Shown here piece after piece: positions 1-11,471 of a stretch of 64,000 nt of DNA; position 1 is the first letter of the stretch, and every line of letters begins with the position of its first letter. Where the stretch lies: assembly GCA_022711765.1 (NCBI GenBank), contig JAKLEB010000002.1, positions 422,368 through 486,367 of the forward strand, written 5' to 3'. Source of the DNA: Candidatus Krumholzibacteriota bacterium (GTDB lineage Bacteria > Krumholzibacteriota > Krumholzibacteriia > LZORAL124-64-63). Under the pieces are notes generated by a model. That model saw only the letters and a program-made list of their open reading frames with translations. It did not search any database and had not been told where the DNA came from. The position numbers and the translations under genes are program-made.

Positions 1-2
1 AC

Positions 3-680
3 GCGATCACCGAGAACCACCCCGAAGTCCACCTCATCGTGCTGTTGATCGACGAGCGGCCCGAGGAAGTCACGGACATGGCCCGGTCGGTCCACGGCGA
101 GGTCATCAGCTCGACCTTCGACGAACCCGCCGAGCGCCACGTCCAGGTGGCGAACATGGTGCTGGCCAAGAGCCGCCGGCTCGTCGAGAGCGGCAAGGAC
201 GTGGTGATCCTCCTCGATTCCATCACCCGCCTCGCGCGCGCCCACAACGCGGTGGTGCCCCATTCCGGCAAGATCCTCTCCGGCGGCGTCGATTCCAACG
301 CCCTGCAGAAGCCCAAGCGGTTCTTCGGCGCGGCCCGCAACATCGAGGACGGCGGCTCGCTCACGATCATCGCGACCGCGCTCATCGAGACGGGCAGCCG
401 CATGGACGAGGTGATCTTCGAGGAATTCAAGGGCACGGGCAACATGGAGCTCGTCCTGGACCGCAAGATCGCCGACCGGCGCATCTATCCGGCCATCGAC
501 ATCTTCAAGAGCGGCACCCGCAAGGACGAGTTGCTGCTCGATCCCAAGGACCTCTCGAAGATCTGGGTCCTGCGCAAGTACCTGAGCGACTACTCGCCGG
601 TCGAGGCCATGGAATTCCTGCTCGACAAGCTCGGCAAGACCAAGGACAACAAGCAATTCCTGGCAGCGATGAACGCCTGA
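3..680 (+). CDS. rho: Transcription termination factor Rho (5'-truncated by window edge)
   Basis: [84 protein letters not shown]; frame is open from nt 3. Confidence 0.98.
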   Translation, partial: AITENHPEVHLIVLLIDERPEEVTDMARSVHGEVISSTFDEPAERHVQVANMVLAKSRRLVESGKDVVILLDSITRLARAHNAVVPHSGKILSGGVDSNALQKPKRFFGAARNIEDGGSLTIIATALIETGSRMDEVIFEEFKGTGNMELVLDRKIADRRIYPAIDIFKSGTRKDELLLDPKDLSKIWVLRKYLSDYSPVEAMEFLLDKLGKTKDNKQFLAAMNA

Positions 681-787
681 GCCGGGGCGCCTGGCGATCG
701 ATCCCGAAATTCGCCCTTGCTCTCGGGCTCCCGGTTGATTTCCTTGTGGCTTCCTGGGAACAGGTCAGCAACCGAGGTCAGAGGACG

Positions 788-1009
788 ATGAAGCAGAACA
801 TCCACCCCAAGTACGTCGACTGCGACATCACTTGCCTCTGCGGCAACGTGATCAAGACGAAGTCAACGAAGCCCAAGATCAACGTCGAAATCTGCTCGAA
901 TTGCCACCCGTTCTTCACGGGACAGCAGAAGATCGTCGACACCGCCGGCCGCGTGGAGCGCTTCCGCAAGCGGTACGAAGGGGTCAAGTACGGCGGCAAG
1001 AAGAAGTAG
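788..1009 (+). CDS. rpmE: 50S ribosomal protein L31 (Zn-binding C+ type)
   Basis: [38 protein letters not shown]; GAGG RBS before ATG 788. Confidence 0.97.
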   Translation: MKQNIHPKYVDCDITCLCGNVIKTKSTKPKINVEICSNCHPFFTGQQKIVDTAGRVERFRKRYEGVKYGGKKK

Positions 1010-1144
1010 GCCGCGGCCCGCGGCGCCGGGCCGGACCGCCGCCCCTCTGAGTTTTCCGCGAGGGCGCCGGGCTGCTGACCCGGTGCCCTCGTGTCTTTGC
1101 CGGACGGTCGGCCGGCGTCCGACGTTCGTGATCTGGAGCACCGT

Positions 1145-2175
1145 ATGAAGGACCTTCGCCCCGTCGCGCAGCCCGCCGCCGACCTCGACCGGCCAGGCAT
1201 CGAGGTCGCGCGGAAGCTCGACCTCGCCGTCGGCGGCCAGGCCGTCATCGAAGGCGTGATGATGCGCAGCCCGACCGCGATCGCGACCGCCGTCCGCAAC
1301 CCCGAGGGCCGCATCGTCATCCGGAAGAAACCGTTCCACAGCATCGTCGCGCGGCACCGCTGGCTCAGCGTCCCGGTCTTCCGCGGCGGTGTCCACCTGA
1401 TCGAGACCATGGGCCTGGGCATCGACGCGCTCATGTTCTCGGCCGACCAGGCCGTGAGCGAGGAGCGGATCAAGGACAAGAAGTCGTCGCTCAAGGATCA
1501 GGTCTGGATGTGGGGGACGATCGGGATCGCGTTCCTGCTCAGCCTCGGCCTGTTCTTCTACCTGCCGCTGATGCTGACCCACTGGCTCGGCGTCGAGGGC
1601 TCGATCTGGTTCAACGTGGTCGATGGCGTCATCCGGGTCGCGCTCTTCGTGCTCTACCTGTGGGCGATCAGCCTGATGAAGGACATGGCCCGCGTCTTCG
1701 AGTACCACGGGGCCGAGCACAAGTCGATCCACGCCTTCGAGAACGGACGCTCGCTCGACGCCGACGGCGCGCGGCCCTTCACGACGCTGCATCCTCGTTG
1801 CGGCACCAGCTTCCTGTTCTTCGTGATGATCATCTCGATCCTGGTCTTCGTCTTCCTGGGCAAGCCCGAGACGATCGGCGAACGGCTGTTGCGCCTCGCG
1901 TTCGTCCCCGTGATCGGCGGCCTCGCGTACGAGGCGATCAAGCTGTCGGGCAAGTACTGCAACGCCTGGTGGCTCAAGCCGGCCATCCAGCCGGGGCTCT
2001 GGCTGCAGAAGATCACCACGAGCCAGCCGGACGATTCGCAGCTCGAGGTGGCGATGGCCGCCCTGCGCGCGGTCCTCACCCCCGAGGCCGAGGGTTTCAA
2101 GACGCGGATCTACTACGAGCTGCCGGAGGGTGAATCGGAGGCCGCCGCGCCCACCGGCAGCGGCGGAGGCCAGGT

Positions 2176-2179
<4 letters not shown>
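1145..2179 (+). CDS. DUF1385 family membrane protein
   Basis: [43 protein letters not shown]; usual position between rpmE and prfA; start could be 1091. Confidence 0.85.
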
Positions 2180-3249
<1,070 letters not shown>

Positions 3250-3283
3250 CGGCCCCGGCTCCCCTCACCCCGGCGGAGACCGC

Positions 3284-4162
3284 GTGAAGACCGTCCGCGA
3301 ACTCATCGCGCTTTCCGGCGAGTATCTCGCCGAGAAGGGCATCGAGTCCGCCCGCCTCAACGCGGAACGGCTGCTCGGCGACGTCCTGGGCCTCTCGCGC
3401 ATCGAGCTCTACCTGCAGGCCGATCGCCCGGTCGCGGGCGCCGAGCTGGACCGCTACCGCGATCTCGTCCGCCGCCGGGGCGCGGGCGAGCCCTTGCAGA
3501 CCATCATCGGCACGACCGGTTTCTACTCCCGCGAGTTCAAGGTCGAGGAGGGCGTGTTCATCCCGCGCCCGGAGACGGAGCGTCTCGTCGAGACCGTGAT
3601 CGGGCTGTTGACGCCACCGGACCGCCGCCTGATCGCGCCCCGCGTGGCCGAGGTGGGTTGCGGCAGCGGCGTGATCGCGGTGAGCCTCGCGGTCGAGATT
3701 CCGACCGTGGAGGCGTGGGCGACCGACCCGAATCCGCGGGCGGTGGAGCTGACCCGCCGCAACGCCCACCGGCACGGCGTCGACGCCCGGGTCCACGTCC
3801 TGCACGGCGAGCTGCTGCACCCGGTGCCCGCCCACCTGCGCGGCAAGATCGACGTGCTCGTGAGCAACCCGCCGTACGTGCGCCGCGACGAGCTGGCGGG
3901 CCTGCCGGCCGAGGTCCGGCACGACCCTGCCGACGCGCTCGACGGCGGGGACGACGGGCTCGACGTCCACCGCGCCCTGGCCGCCGCGGCCCCGCGCTGG
4001 CTCGCGCCGGGCGGCTGGCTCGCCGTGGAGATCGGGGCCGACCAGGGCGAGACGGTGCCTCGGCTCTTCGCCGCGGCCGGCCTGGCCGAGGTGACCATGA
4101 CGCGCGATTACAACGACCTGCCCCGGGTGGTCGTGGGCCGCTGGCCAGGAGGCGACGCCTGA
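3284..4162 (+). CDS. prmC: Release factor glutamine methyltransferase
   Basis: GEPLQTIIG, FIPRPETE, EVGCGSGVIA, SNPPY; follows prfA; GTG start after GGAG. Confidence 0.95.
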   Translation: MKTVRELIALSGEYLAEKGIESARLNAERLLGDVLGLSRIELYLQADRPVAGAELDRYRDLVRRRGAGEPLQTIIGTTGFYSREFKVEEGVFIPRPETERLVETVIGLLTPPDRRLIAPRVAEVGCGSGVIAVSLAVEIPTVEAWATDPNPRAVELTRRNAHRHGVDARVHVLHGELLHPVPAHLRGKIDVLVSNPPYVRRDELAGLPAEVRHDPADALDGGDDGLDVHRALAAAAPRWLAPGGWLAVEIGADQGETVPRLFAAAGLAEVTMTRDYNDLPRVVVGRWPGGDA

Positions 4163-4163
4163 C

Positions 4164-5423
4164 ATGGACTATTTCGTGATCGAGGGGCCGACCCCGCTTG
4201 ACGGCGACGTCCGCGTGGCGGGCGCCAAGAACGCCGTGCTGCCGCTCATGGCGGCCGCCCTGCTGTGCCGCGGCGAGTCGGTCATCACCAACGTCCCCGA
4301 CCTGCGCGACACGCGGTTCTTTCTGGACCTCCTGCGCGAGCTCGGCGTCGCCGGCGAGCTCGGTGCGGGCACCCTGCGGCTCGAGACCGCGAGCGGCGTC
4401 CGGTCGGTGACCGCGCCCTACGACATCGTCCGCAAGATGCGCGCGAGCATCTACGTGCTCGGTCCCCTGCTCGCCGCGTGCGGCGAGGCGCGCGTGTCCA
4501 AGCCGGGCGGCTGCGCTTGGGGTCCGCGGCCGGTCGACCTGCACGTGGCGGGCCTCGCCGCCCTCGGCGCGGAGATGAGCGAGGAGCACGGCTACATCGT
4601 AGCCCGCGCGCCCGGCGGCCTGCGCGGGGGGCGTTACCGCTTCGAGCCGGTCTCCGTGGGCGCGACCTGCAACGTGCTCATGGCCGCGGCGCTCGCGCGC
4701 GGCGAGACGACGCTCGAGAACTGCGCCTGCGAGCCGGAGGTCGTGCAGCTCGGCGAGGCGCTGGTCGGCGCCGGCGCGCGCGTCGAGGGCCTCGGCACGC
4801 GGACGCTGCACATCCAGGGCGTCGACGAGCTGCAGCCCCTGCGCTGCGCCGTGATCCCGGACCGCATCGAGGCCGGCACGTTCCTCGCCGCGGTCGCCGT
4901 GGCGGGTGGGCGGATCCGCCTGGCCGGCTGCCGGCTGGACCACGTCGCGCCGATTCTCGGCGTGCTGCGCGACCTCGGCTGCGAGATCCGCGCCGAAGGC
5001 GACCTGCTCGTGGCCGAGCGGTCGGGGCCGCTGCGGCCGGTGAAGGTGGAGACCGAGCCGTTCCCGGGCTTCCCGACCGACATGCAGGCCCAGGTCATGG
5101 CCGCGGCCGCGCTCGCCGATGGAGTCAGCTTCATCACCGACACGATCTACCCCGACCGCTTCACGCACGCGGCGGAGCTGGAACGCCTGGGCGCGAACAT
5201 CGAGGTCAAGAACGGCACGGCGACCGTGATCGGCGTCGCGGCCCTGCAGGGGGCGCCGGTGATGGCGACGGACCTGCGGGCGTCGGCGGCGCTGGTGCTC
5301 GCGGGCATCGCGGCGCGCGGGCGGACCGAGGTGCGGCGGGTCTACCACATCGATCGCGGCTACGAGCGGATCGAGGAGCGTTTGGCGGCGCTGGGAGCTC
5401 GGATCGAGAGGGTCGCGGGGTGA
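4164..5423 (+). CDS. murA: UDP-N-acetylglucosamine 1-carboxyvinyltransferase
   Basis: GAKNAVLP, MRASIYVLGPL, PGGCAWGPRPVDLH (catalytic Cys), PGFPTDMQAQ, TDLRASAAL, HIDRGYE. Confidence 0.97.
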   Translation: MDYFVIEGPTPLDGDVRVAGAKNAVLPLMAAALLCRGESVITNVPDLRDTRFFLDLLRELGVAGELGAGTLRLETASGVRSVTAPYDIVRKMRASIYVLGPLLAACGEARVSKPGGCAWGPRPVDLHVAGLAALGAEMSEEHGYIVARAPGGLRGGRYRFEPVSVGATCNVLMAAALARGETTLENCACEPEVVQLGEALVGAGARVEGLGTRTLHIQGVDELQPLRCAVIPDRIEAGTFLAAVAVAGGRIRLAGCRLDHVAPILGVLRDLGCEIRAEGDLLVAERSGPLRPVKVETEPFPGFPTDMQAQVMAAAALADGVSFITDTIYPDRFTHAAELERLGANIEVKNGTATVIGVAALQGAPVMATDLRASAALVLAGIAARGRTEVRRVYHIDRGYERIEERLAALGARIERVAG

Positions 5424-5501
5424 CGGCGTCGGCCGGCCCGGCGCGCGGTGCGGCGGCGCTTGCTGTTCCTCGCATTCGACGCCGGGTGGTCCGCGCCCGC
5501 A

Positions 5502-5523
5502 CCGTCGCGGATCCGCGCGACGG
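5502..5523 (+). terminator. Perfect 8-bp hairpin in murA-selB intergenic region (terminator or leader structure)
   Basis: CCGTCGCG-GATCCG-CGCGACGG; no U-tract. Confidence 0.3.
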
Positions 5524-5652
5524 GGGTCTGGCTGTCCTCTCCGCGCCCCGGCGCCGGCGCGGCCGCGCGTCCATCCCCGCCCTGGCTGCTCCCGCTGCCG
5601 CCGTGTTATCTTCGGTCCGTTCCCCAACCCGGTCCCCGCCGCGAGGTTCCCC

Positions 5653-7563
5653 ATGTCCGACCCCCGCCACTACATCCTCGGCGCCGCCGGCCACGTCGAT
5701 CACGGCAAGACCGCCCTGATCACGGCCCTGACCGGCACCAACACCGACCGCCTCAAGGAGGAGCAGGAGCGCGGCATCAGCATCGAGCTGGGCTTCGCCG
5801 AGCTGGACCTGGGCGATGGACTCACCCTCGGCGTCGTGGACATGCCCGGCCACGAGCGCTTCGTCAAGCAGATGGTCGCCGGCGCGGGCGGCGTCGACCT
5901 GGCGTTCCTGCTGGTGGCGGCCGACGAGGGCGTGATGCCGCAGACCGTCGAGCACCTGGCGATCCTCGACACCCTCGGCGTGCGCGGTGGCGTCGTGGTG
6001 ATCGCCAAGATCGACATGGTCGACGACGAGATGCAGGAGCTCGCGACCGAGGAGGCGCGCGAGCTCGTCAAGGGCACCTTCCTCGAAGGCCGGCCTATCG
6101 TGCCGGTCTCGGCCCACCAGCGGATCGGGCTCGAGGCGCTCCAGGACGCGCTGCGCGCCGAGGCCGCGGCGCTGCCGGTCCGGAGCGAAAGCGAGCCGTT
6201 CCGGCTGCCGGTCGATCGCATCTTCACCATGCCCGGCGCCGGCGTCGTGGTCACGGGGACCTGCTGGGGCGGGCGCGTGGCGGTCGGCGACCAGCTCGCC
6301 CTCGAGCCGGGCGGCTTCAAGGTTCGCGTGCGCGAGGTCCAGGCCCACGGCCGCAAGGTCGCTGCCGGCGGCGCCGGCCAGCGCCTCGCGCTCGCGCTGC
6401 ACGGCGTCAAGAAGGACGACGTCGAGCGCGGCCACCAGGTGCTGGCCCCGGATTCGGCGCCCGTGACGCGCCTGGTGGACGTGCGCGTCGACCTCTTCCC
6501 GCACTATCCGGGCGTCCTCAAGAACCGGCAACGCCTGCACGTGCACCACGCCGGCCGCGAGGTGCTCGGCCGGATCGTGCTCCTGGACATGGAGGAGCTC
6601 GGCGGCGACGGCCCCCGCTCGGGCCTGTGCCAGCTGCACCTCGAGGAGCCGCTCGTCCCGCGGCGCGGCGACCGCCTCGTGCTGCGCTTCTATTCTCCGG
6701 TCACGAGCATGGCCGGCGGCACGGTCCTCGACCCGGCCCCGCGGCGGCACAAGCGGTTCCAGGACGAGGTGGTCGAGCGCCTCGAGGTCATGGAGGAGGG
6801 CGACCCGGTCGCGCTGTTCCGCCAGAGCCTGCACGCGGCGGGGTTGCAGGGCCTCGCCGTCGCGGACGCGCTGGGTCGAGAGGGCGATCCGGCCGCGCTC
6901 GTGGTGGGCAGGCGCGTGTACGAGCGCGCGCTGCTCGAGGCGGAGGCGGCCGCGGTCGGCGAGGCCGTGCGGGCCTACGCCGAGAAGTTCCCGCTGCGCC
7001 TGGGCATGCCGCGCGAGGAGGTCCGCCGCCGGCGCAAGTTCGGCGGGACCACGCCCGAGTGGAACGCCCTCCTGCAGGTGCTGGCCCCGCTGGGCGGCTG
7101 GGCGGTCGTGGCCGACCGCATCGCCGTGACCCCGGACGGGCCGCCTCTCGGGGCCGGCCTCGCGGCCGGCGCCGCGGCGCGCGAGGCCGCCCTGCGCGCG
7201 TGCGGGCTCGACTGGCCTGGCCTCGACGCGTTCGCGGACAAGGTCCGCTCAGCGCCGCCGCCGCCCACGGGCCAGGGCGAGGAGGAGTATCTCCGCCACC
7301 TCGTGGACCACGGCCGGGCGGTCCAGATCGCCTCCGACTACCTTGTCCACCGCGAGGCGCTGGACGACCTGCTCCATCGCCTGCGCCGGCACTTCGCCGC
7401 CAAGGCGGAGCTGACCTTCGCCGAGTTCCGGGAGCTGAGCGGCCTGACGCGCAAGCTCGGCATCCCGATGCTCGAGTACCTGGACCAGACCGGCCGCACG
7501 CTGCGCACGGGCGATCTGCGCGTGGCGGGGCCGGCGCTCGCGGAGACCACCGACCGGCCATGA
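5653..7563 (+). CDS. selB: Selenocysteine-specific translation elongation factor
   Basis: GAAGHVDHGKT, DRLKEEQERGISIELGFA, VDMPGHERFVKQM, FRLPVDRIF, C-terminal winged helix FRELSGLTRKLGIPMLEYLD. Confidence 0.95.
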   Translation: MSDPRHYILGAAGHVDHGKTALITALTGTNTDRLKEEQERGISIELGFAELDLGDGLTLGVVDMPGHERFVKQMVAGAGGVDLAFLLVAADEGVMPQTVEHLAILDTLGVRGGVVVIAKIDMVDDEMQELATEEARELVKGTFLEGRPIVPVSAHQRIGLEALQDALRAEAAALPVRSESEPFRLPVDRIFTMPGAGVVVTGTCWGGRVAVGDQLALEPGGFKVRVREVQAHGRKVAAGGAGQRLALALHGVKKDDVERGHQVLAPDSAPVTRLVDVRVDLFPHYPGVLKNRQRLHVHHAGREVLGRIVLLDMEELGGDGPRSGLCQLHLEEPLVPRRGDRLVLRFYSPVTSMAGGTVLDPAPRRHKRFQDEVVERLEVMEEGDPVALFRQSLHAAGLQGLAVADALGREGDPAALVVGRRVYERALLEAEAAAVGEAVRAYAEKFPLRLGMPREEVRRRRKFGGTTPEWNALLQVLAPLGGWAVVADRIAVTPDGPPLGAGLAAGAAAREAALRACGLDWPGLDAFADKVRSAPPPPTGQGEEEYLRHLVDHGRAVQIASDYLVHREALDDLLHRLRRHFAAKAELTFAEFRELSGLTRKLGIPMLEYLDQTGRTLRTGDLRVAGPALAETTDRP

Positions 7564-8663
7564 GCGAGTTCACCCCCCGGGACACCGGCCAGCACCGGCC
7601 CACCTGCCGCCCGCGCCGCCCGACCCGGTCCGTGCAGGTCGGCCGCGTGCAGATCGGCGGCCTGGCGCCGGTCGCCGTGCAGTCGATGACCTGCACCCGC
7701 ACCCACGACGTCGAGGGCACGCTCGGGCAGATCCGCGAGCTCGCGTCGGCGGGCGCCGATCTCGTGCGCGTCACGGTGAACGACGAGGCCGCCGCGGCCG
7801 CCCTGCCGGCCATCGTCCGCGAGGCGAACGTGCCGCTCGTGGCGGATATCCACTACGACCACAAGATGGCGCTGGCCGCGCTCGCCGCGGGGATCGCCAA
7901 GCTGCGCATCAATCCCGGCAACATCGGCGGCGAAGACAAGGTGCGCGAGGTCGCGCGCGCGGCGAAGGACCGCGGGGTGCCGATCCGCGTCGGGGTCAAC
8001 CGCGGCAGCCTGCACAAGCGATACCGCGACCTGCGCATGATCGACCCCGCGGGCGCCCTGGTGCAGAGCGCGCTCGACGAACTCGAGGTGCTCGCGTCGG
8101 TCGGCTTCGACGACGTGGTCGTGAGCCTCAAGAGCAGCGAACCGCACGAGGTCATCGAGGCCTGCCGCCGCTTCAGCGAGGTCTGCGACGTGCCGCAGCA
8201 CCTGGGCGTGACCGAGGCCGGCACGCTGCACGCCGGCACGGCGCGCAGCACCGCCACCCTGGGCGTGCTGTTGAGCGAGGGCATCGGCGACACTCTGCGG
8301 ATCAGCCTCGCCGCCGACCCGGTGCACGAGGTCCGGGCCGCGTTCCACATGCTCCAGGCGCTCGGCCTGCGGGAAGGCTACGCCCGGGTGGTCGCCTGCC
8401 CGACCTGCGGGCGGGTCGAGGTGGACGTGATGAGCCTCGCCGCTAAGGTCGAGGAGCTCGCGAAGGACCTGCCGCCCGACAAGGTCATCTCGGTCATGGG
8501 CTGCATCGTCAACGGACCCGGCGAGGCCAAGAGCGCCGACCTCGGGATCGCCGCCGGCAAGAGCAAGGTGGCGATCTACCGGCAGGGCGAGCTGCACCGC
8601 AATATCGACAAGGAGGACCTCGAGGCGGTCCTGCTCGAGGAGATCGCGCGCCTGCGTCGATGA
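7560..8663 (+). CDS. ispG: HMB-PP synthase IspG (GcpE)
   Basis: PVAVQSMT, ADIHYDHK, RINPGNIG, HLGVTEAG, GIGDTLRISL, ACPTCGR, SVMGCIVNGPGEA; ATGA overlap with selB. Confidence 0.97.
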   Translation: MSEFTPRDTGQHRPTCRPRRPTRSVQVGRVQIGGLAPVAVQSMTCTRTHDVEGTLGQIRELASAGADLVRVTVNDEAAAAALPAIVREANVPLVADIHYDHKMALAALAAGIAKLRINPGNIGGEDKVREVARAAKDRGVPIRVGVNRGSLHKRYRDLRMIDPAGALVQSALDELEVLASVGFDDVVVSLKSSEPHEVIEACRRFSEVCDVPQHLGVTEAGTLHAGTARSTATLGVLLSEGIGDTLRISLAADPVHEVRAAFHMLQALGLREGYARVVACPTCGRVEVDVMSLAAKVEELAKDLPPDKVISVMGCIVNGPGEAKSADLGIAAGKSKVAIYRQGELHRNIDKEDLEAVLLEEIARLRR

Positions 8664-8760
8664 AGCCTCAGGTCCCGGCCGATCCGGCCGATCCCTACCC
8701 CGGAACCTCGCCCAGGTCCAGCAACGACTGCGGGGACCCGCACCGCTGTCCGGGGTATCG

Positions 8761-9984
8761 ATGGACGTCATCCTTCCCGACCAGCTGCCAGGCTTCATCG
8801 CCGAGCGAGACCGCGTCGCCGCCGCGACCGTGCTCGAACCGGCGGTTCCCGATCTGGTCCGCTTCTCCCAGCAGCTGCGCGCGCTCAGCTCGCTGAACGC
8901 ACGCCTGATCTGCATGGAGGCGGACCATCCGGTCTACGGCGAGATGGTCCGCGGCATCAGTCGGATCCTCAACATCGATATGTGCGCCCTGTTCATGCGC
9001 GAACCGGCCGGCGCGCACCTCGTGCTGGAAGGCATCGCCGGAGCGGCGAGGCCGGCCGGCCGCTGCTTGCTCGGGCTGGACGAGCTGCAGCGGCCGGCCG
9101 TCCAGGCTTTCCTCGAGGAATACCTCGTCCACGTGCCCGACACCGACTCGGTCCAGGGGGCGCAATCGCTCGTGGGCGGACACCGCAGCCTGCTCGCCAT
9201 GCCCATCATGGGTCGCGAAGGTCCGGTCGGGGCGTTCGAGTTCGCGCGCCGCGCGGCCGGCGGCTTCGCGACCGCGGAGATCGACCTGGCGACCATGCTG
9301 GTCGACCAGATGTCCTACCAGCTCGAGAACTACCGGCTCGTCCGGCAGCTGTCGACCAGCCGCGACGCGGTGATCCACGGCATGGCGCGGCTCGCGGAAT
9401 CGCGCGGCGGGAACATCGGCGGCCACCTCGACCGCATCTGCGCGTACTCGCAGCGGCTGGCGAGGACGCTGCAGGGCCGGCCGGGCTACGTGGGCGTGGT
9501 CACCGACGAGTGGATCGCGACCCTGACCCGAGCGGCCGCCTTGCACGACATCGGCAAGGTCGGCATCCCCGACCGCATCCTGCTGAAGCCCGGCGCGCTG
9601 GACGAGGACGAGTTCGAGGTCATGCGCACGCATGCCCGGCTCGGCGGCGAGATCCTGCAGGACCTGATGGTCAGCCACGGCACGTTCCCGATGCTGGAGA
9701 TGGGAATGGAGGTCGCCCTCGGGCACCACGAGCGCTGGGACGGTTCCGGCTATCCCAACGGCGTCGGCGGGAAGCGGATCCCGCTGTCGGCGCGGATCGT
9801 CGCGGTGACCGACGTCTATGACGCCCTCACGAGCGCCCGGGTCTACAAAGCGGCCTGGTCGCAGAAGGACACCATCGCCCAGGTGTTGGGGCTCGCCGGC
9901 TCGCACTTCGACCCGGACCTCGTGCGAGCGTTTCTGCAGGACACCGACGAATTGCTGCAGATCCAGCGGCGATTCCCCGACTGA
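8761..9984 (+). CDS. GAF + HD-GYP cyclic-dinucleotide phosphodiesterase
   Basis: N-terminal GAF-like segment (LLAMPIMGREGPVGAF); LHDIGKVGIPD, HHERWDGSGYP, RIVAVTDVYDAL. Confidence 0.9.
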   Translation: MDVILPDQLPGFIAERDRVAAATVLEPAVPDLVRFSQQLRALSSLNARLICMEADHPVYGEMVRGISRILNIDMCALFMREPAGAHLVLEGIAGAARPAGRCLLGLDELQRPAVQAFLEEYLVHVPDTDSVQGAQSLVGGHRSLLAMPIMGREGPVGAFEFARRAAGGFATAEIDLATMLVDQMSYQLENYRLVRQLSTSRDAVIHGMARLAESRGGNIGGHLDRICAYSQRLARTLQGRPGYVGVVTDEWIATLTRAAALHDIGKVGIPDRILLKPGALDEDEFEVMRTHARLGGEILQDLMVSHGTFPMLEMGMEVALGHHERWDGSGYPNGVGGKRIPLSARIVAVTDVYDALTSARVYKAAWSQKDTIAQVLGLAGSHFDPDLVRAFLQDTDELLQIQRRFPD

Positions 9985-9999
9985 CCTCGCCGGGCGGCG

Positions 10000-11451
10000 C
10001 TACGCGGGCTCCACCCCCGGAGCCACCCCCGGCTCCACGAACAGGCTCTCTTCTCTCAGGCACACGGCGATGCCCGGCGCCGCCTTGCGCGGACGGCGGA
10101 CGTAGCGGCGTTCGGTGTAGACCACCGGGACCAGACCGCTGTGACGCGCCTTGCTGTGCAGGGCCGCCAGGGCCGCGGCTCTCGCCAGCACCGCGCGAGG
10201 CACGGCGTCGGGCCGGCCGCCGGTCCGCAGCACGACGTGGCTGCCGGCCACGCCCTGGGCGTGCAGCCAGAGGTCGCGCGGGTGGCTCGCCCGGTGCGTC
10301 AGCTCGTCGTTCTCCTCGCTGCTGCGGCCGACCCACACCTCCCAACGATCGTCGATGCGGTAGCGACGGAACGGCCGGCTCGGCTCGTCGGGCGCTCGTC
10401 CGCCGGGGCCGTTCGTCTCGCGCAGCAGATCGGCGCCGGCCGCGGCGAACGCCTGGAGGGCGGCGAGGCGCGCCAGGACGACCGCCGGGAGCTCAGCGTC
10501 GGGGGAGCCGGGACGCGGCCCTGCGCGCAGCGGCGCGAGGTCGGCCAGGGCGCCCGCCGCGCTCGCTTGCTCGGCCCGCGCGGCCTCTAGCCGCTCGGCG
10601 ATGACGCTGCGGCCGCGCGCCGCCTTGCGCGCGAGCCGGAACAGCCGCTCGAGGTTGGCGTGCGGCGCCAGCGCCGGGTCGAGCGCGAGCGTGCGCGGGC
10701 GACCGTCGCGCGGGTCGGTCAGCGTGATCATCGACGTGCCGCGCTTCACGGTGGACAGGTGGGCCGCGAGGGTCTCGGCGTCGCGGCGCCTCGCCTCGCC
10801 GTCGTCGGCGCGCGCGAGGTCGCCGGCCAGGTTGGCGACGAGTCGGTCGGCGGCGGCGAGGCGTCGCGCGAGAGCGCGTTCGAGCTGATCGCCGAGCGCG
10901 GTCTCGCGCTGCCTCGCCAGCCGGGCCAGGCCGAGCGCGGTCCAGTCGGCGAGCCCGGCCGGCGCGGGCGAGGCGGGCGCAGCGAGCGGCGCGGCGACGT
11001 CGAGCAGGCAGGGATGCGGCGACGGGTGCAGGGTCCACAGCAGGCGGCCCGAGTCCTCGATGACGACCGCGCCGCCCCGGCTGCCGAAGAGCTGATGTCG
11101 CAGGTAGCGCGGCCCCGCCGCGGTCGCGAACTCGAGATGCACGACCAGGTCGCCGCTCAGCAGCCCGACGTCGGCGAGCCGGGCGTCGCTCAGCAGGTCG
11201 GCGAGCGGATCGCCGCGGCGGGCCGGCAGCGCCTCGCGCAGCGGCCCGGGCAGGGGCCCCGGGCAGGGGAAGACGAGCACCGCGCCCGGCAGCGCGCCGA
11301 GGAAGAGACTGTCGCGAGGGTCGCCCGCGAGCTGCAGGTTCGCCCAGCCCGGGCCGGTCACGGCGCGGTGCAGCGCCCTCCCGGCGGCCCGTTCCCGCCA
11401 GGCCGCCAAGAGAGGGGCCAGCCGATCGCGGTCGCGCCAGGTGGCGGGCAT
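10000..11451 (-). CDS. NFACT (RqcH/FbpA-like) protein with NFACT-R RNA-binding domain
   Basis: LDPALAPHANLERLF coiled-coil loop; C-terminal VWVGRSSEENDELT..DLWLHAQGVAGSHVVL..AALHSKAR..VVYTERRYVRRP. Confidence 0.85.
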   Translation of the reverse strand: MPATWRDRDRLAPLLAAWRERAAGRALHRAVTGPGWANLQLAGDPRDSLFLGALPGAVLVFPCPGPLPGPLREALPARRGDPLADLLSDARLADVGLLSGDLVVHLEFATAAGPRYLRHQLFGSRGGAVVIEDSGRLLWTLHPSPHPCLLDVAAPLAAPASPAPAGLADWTALGLARLARQRETALGDQLERALARRLAAADRLVANLAGDLARADDGEARRRDAETLAAHLSTVKRGTSMITLTDPRDGRPRTLALDPALAPHANLERLFRLARKAARGRSVIAERLEAARAEQASAAGALADLAPLRAGPRPGSPDAELPAVVLARLAALQAFAAAGADLLRETNGPGGRAPDEPSRPFRRYRIDDRWEVWVGRSSEENDELTHRASHPRDLWLHAQGVAGSHVVLRTGGRPDAVPRAVLARAAALAALHSKARHSGLVPVVYTERRYVRRPRKAAPGIAVCLREESLFVEPGVAPGVEPA

Positions 11452-11471
11452 GCCAGGATTCCGATCGCCGG

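Noticed and set aside
5424-5652. Possible tRNA-Sec next to selB
   Set aside because: No UCA anticodon arm or TTC T-loop in a cloverleaf context
10006-10037. GGCTCCACCCCCGGAGCCACCCCCGGCTCCAC repeat
   Set aside because: Simply encodes VEPGVAPGVEP at the NFACT C-terminus
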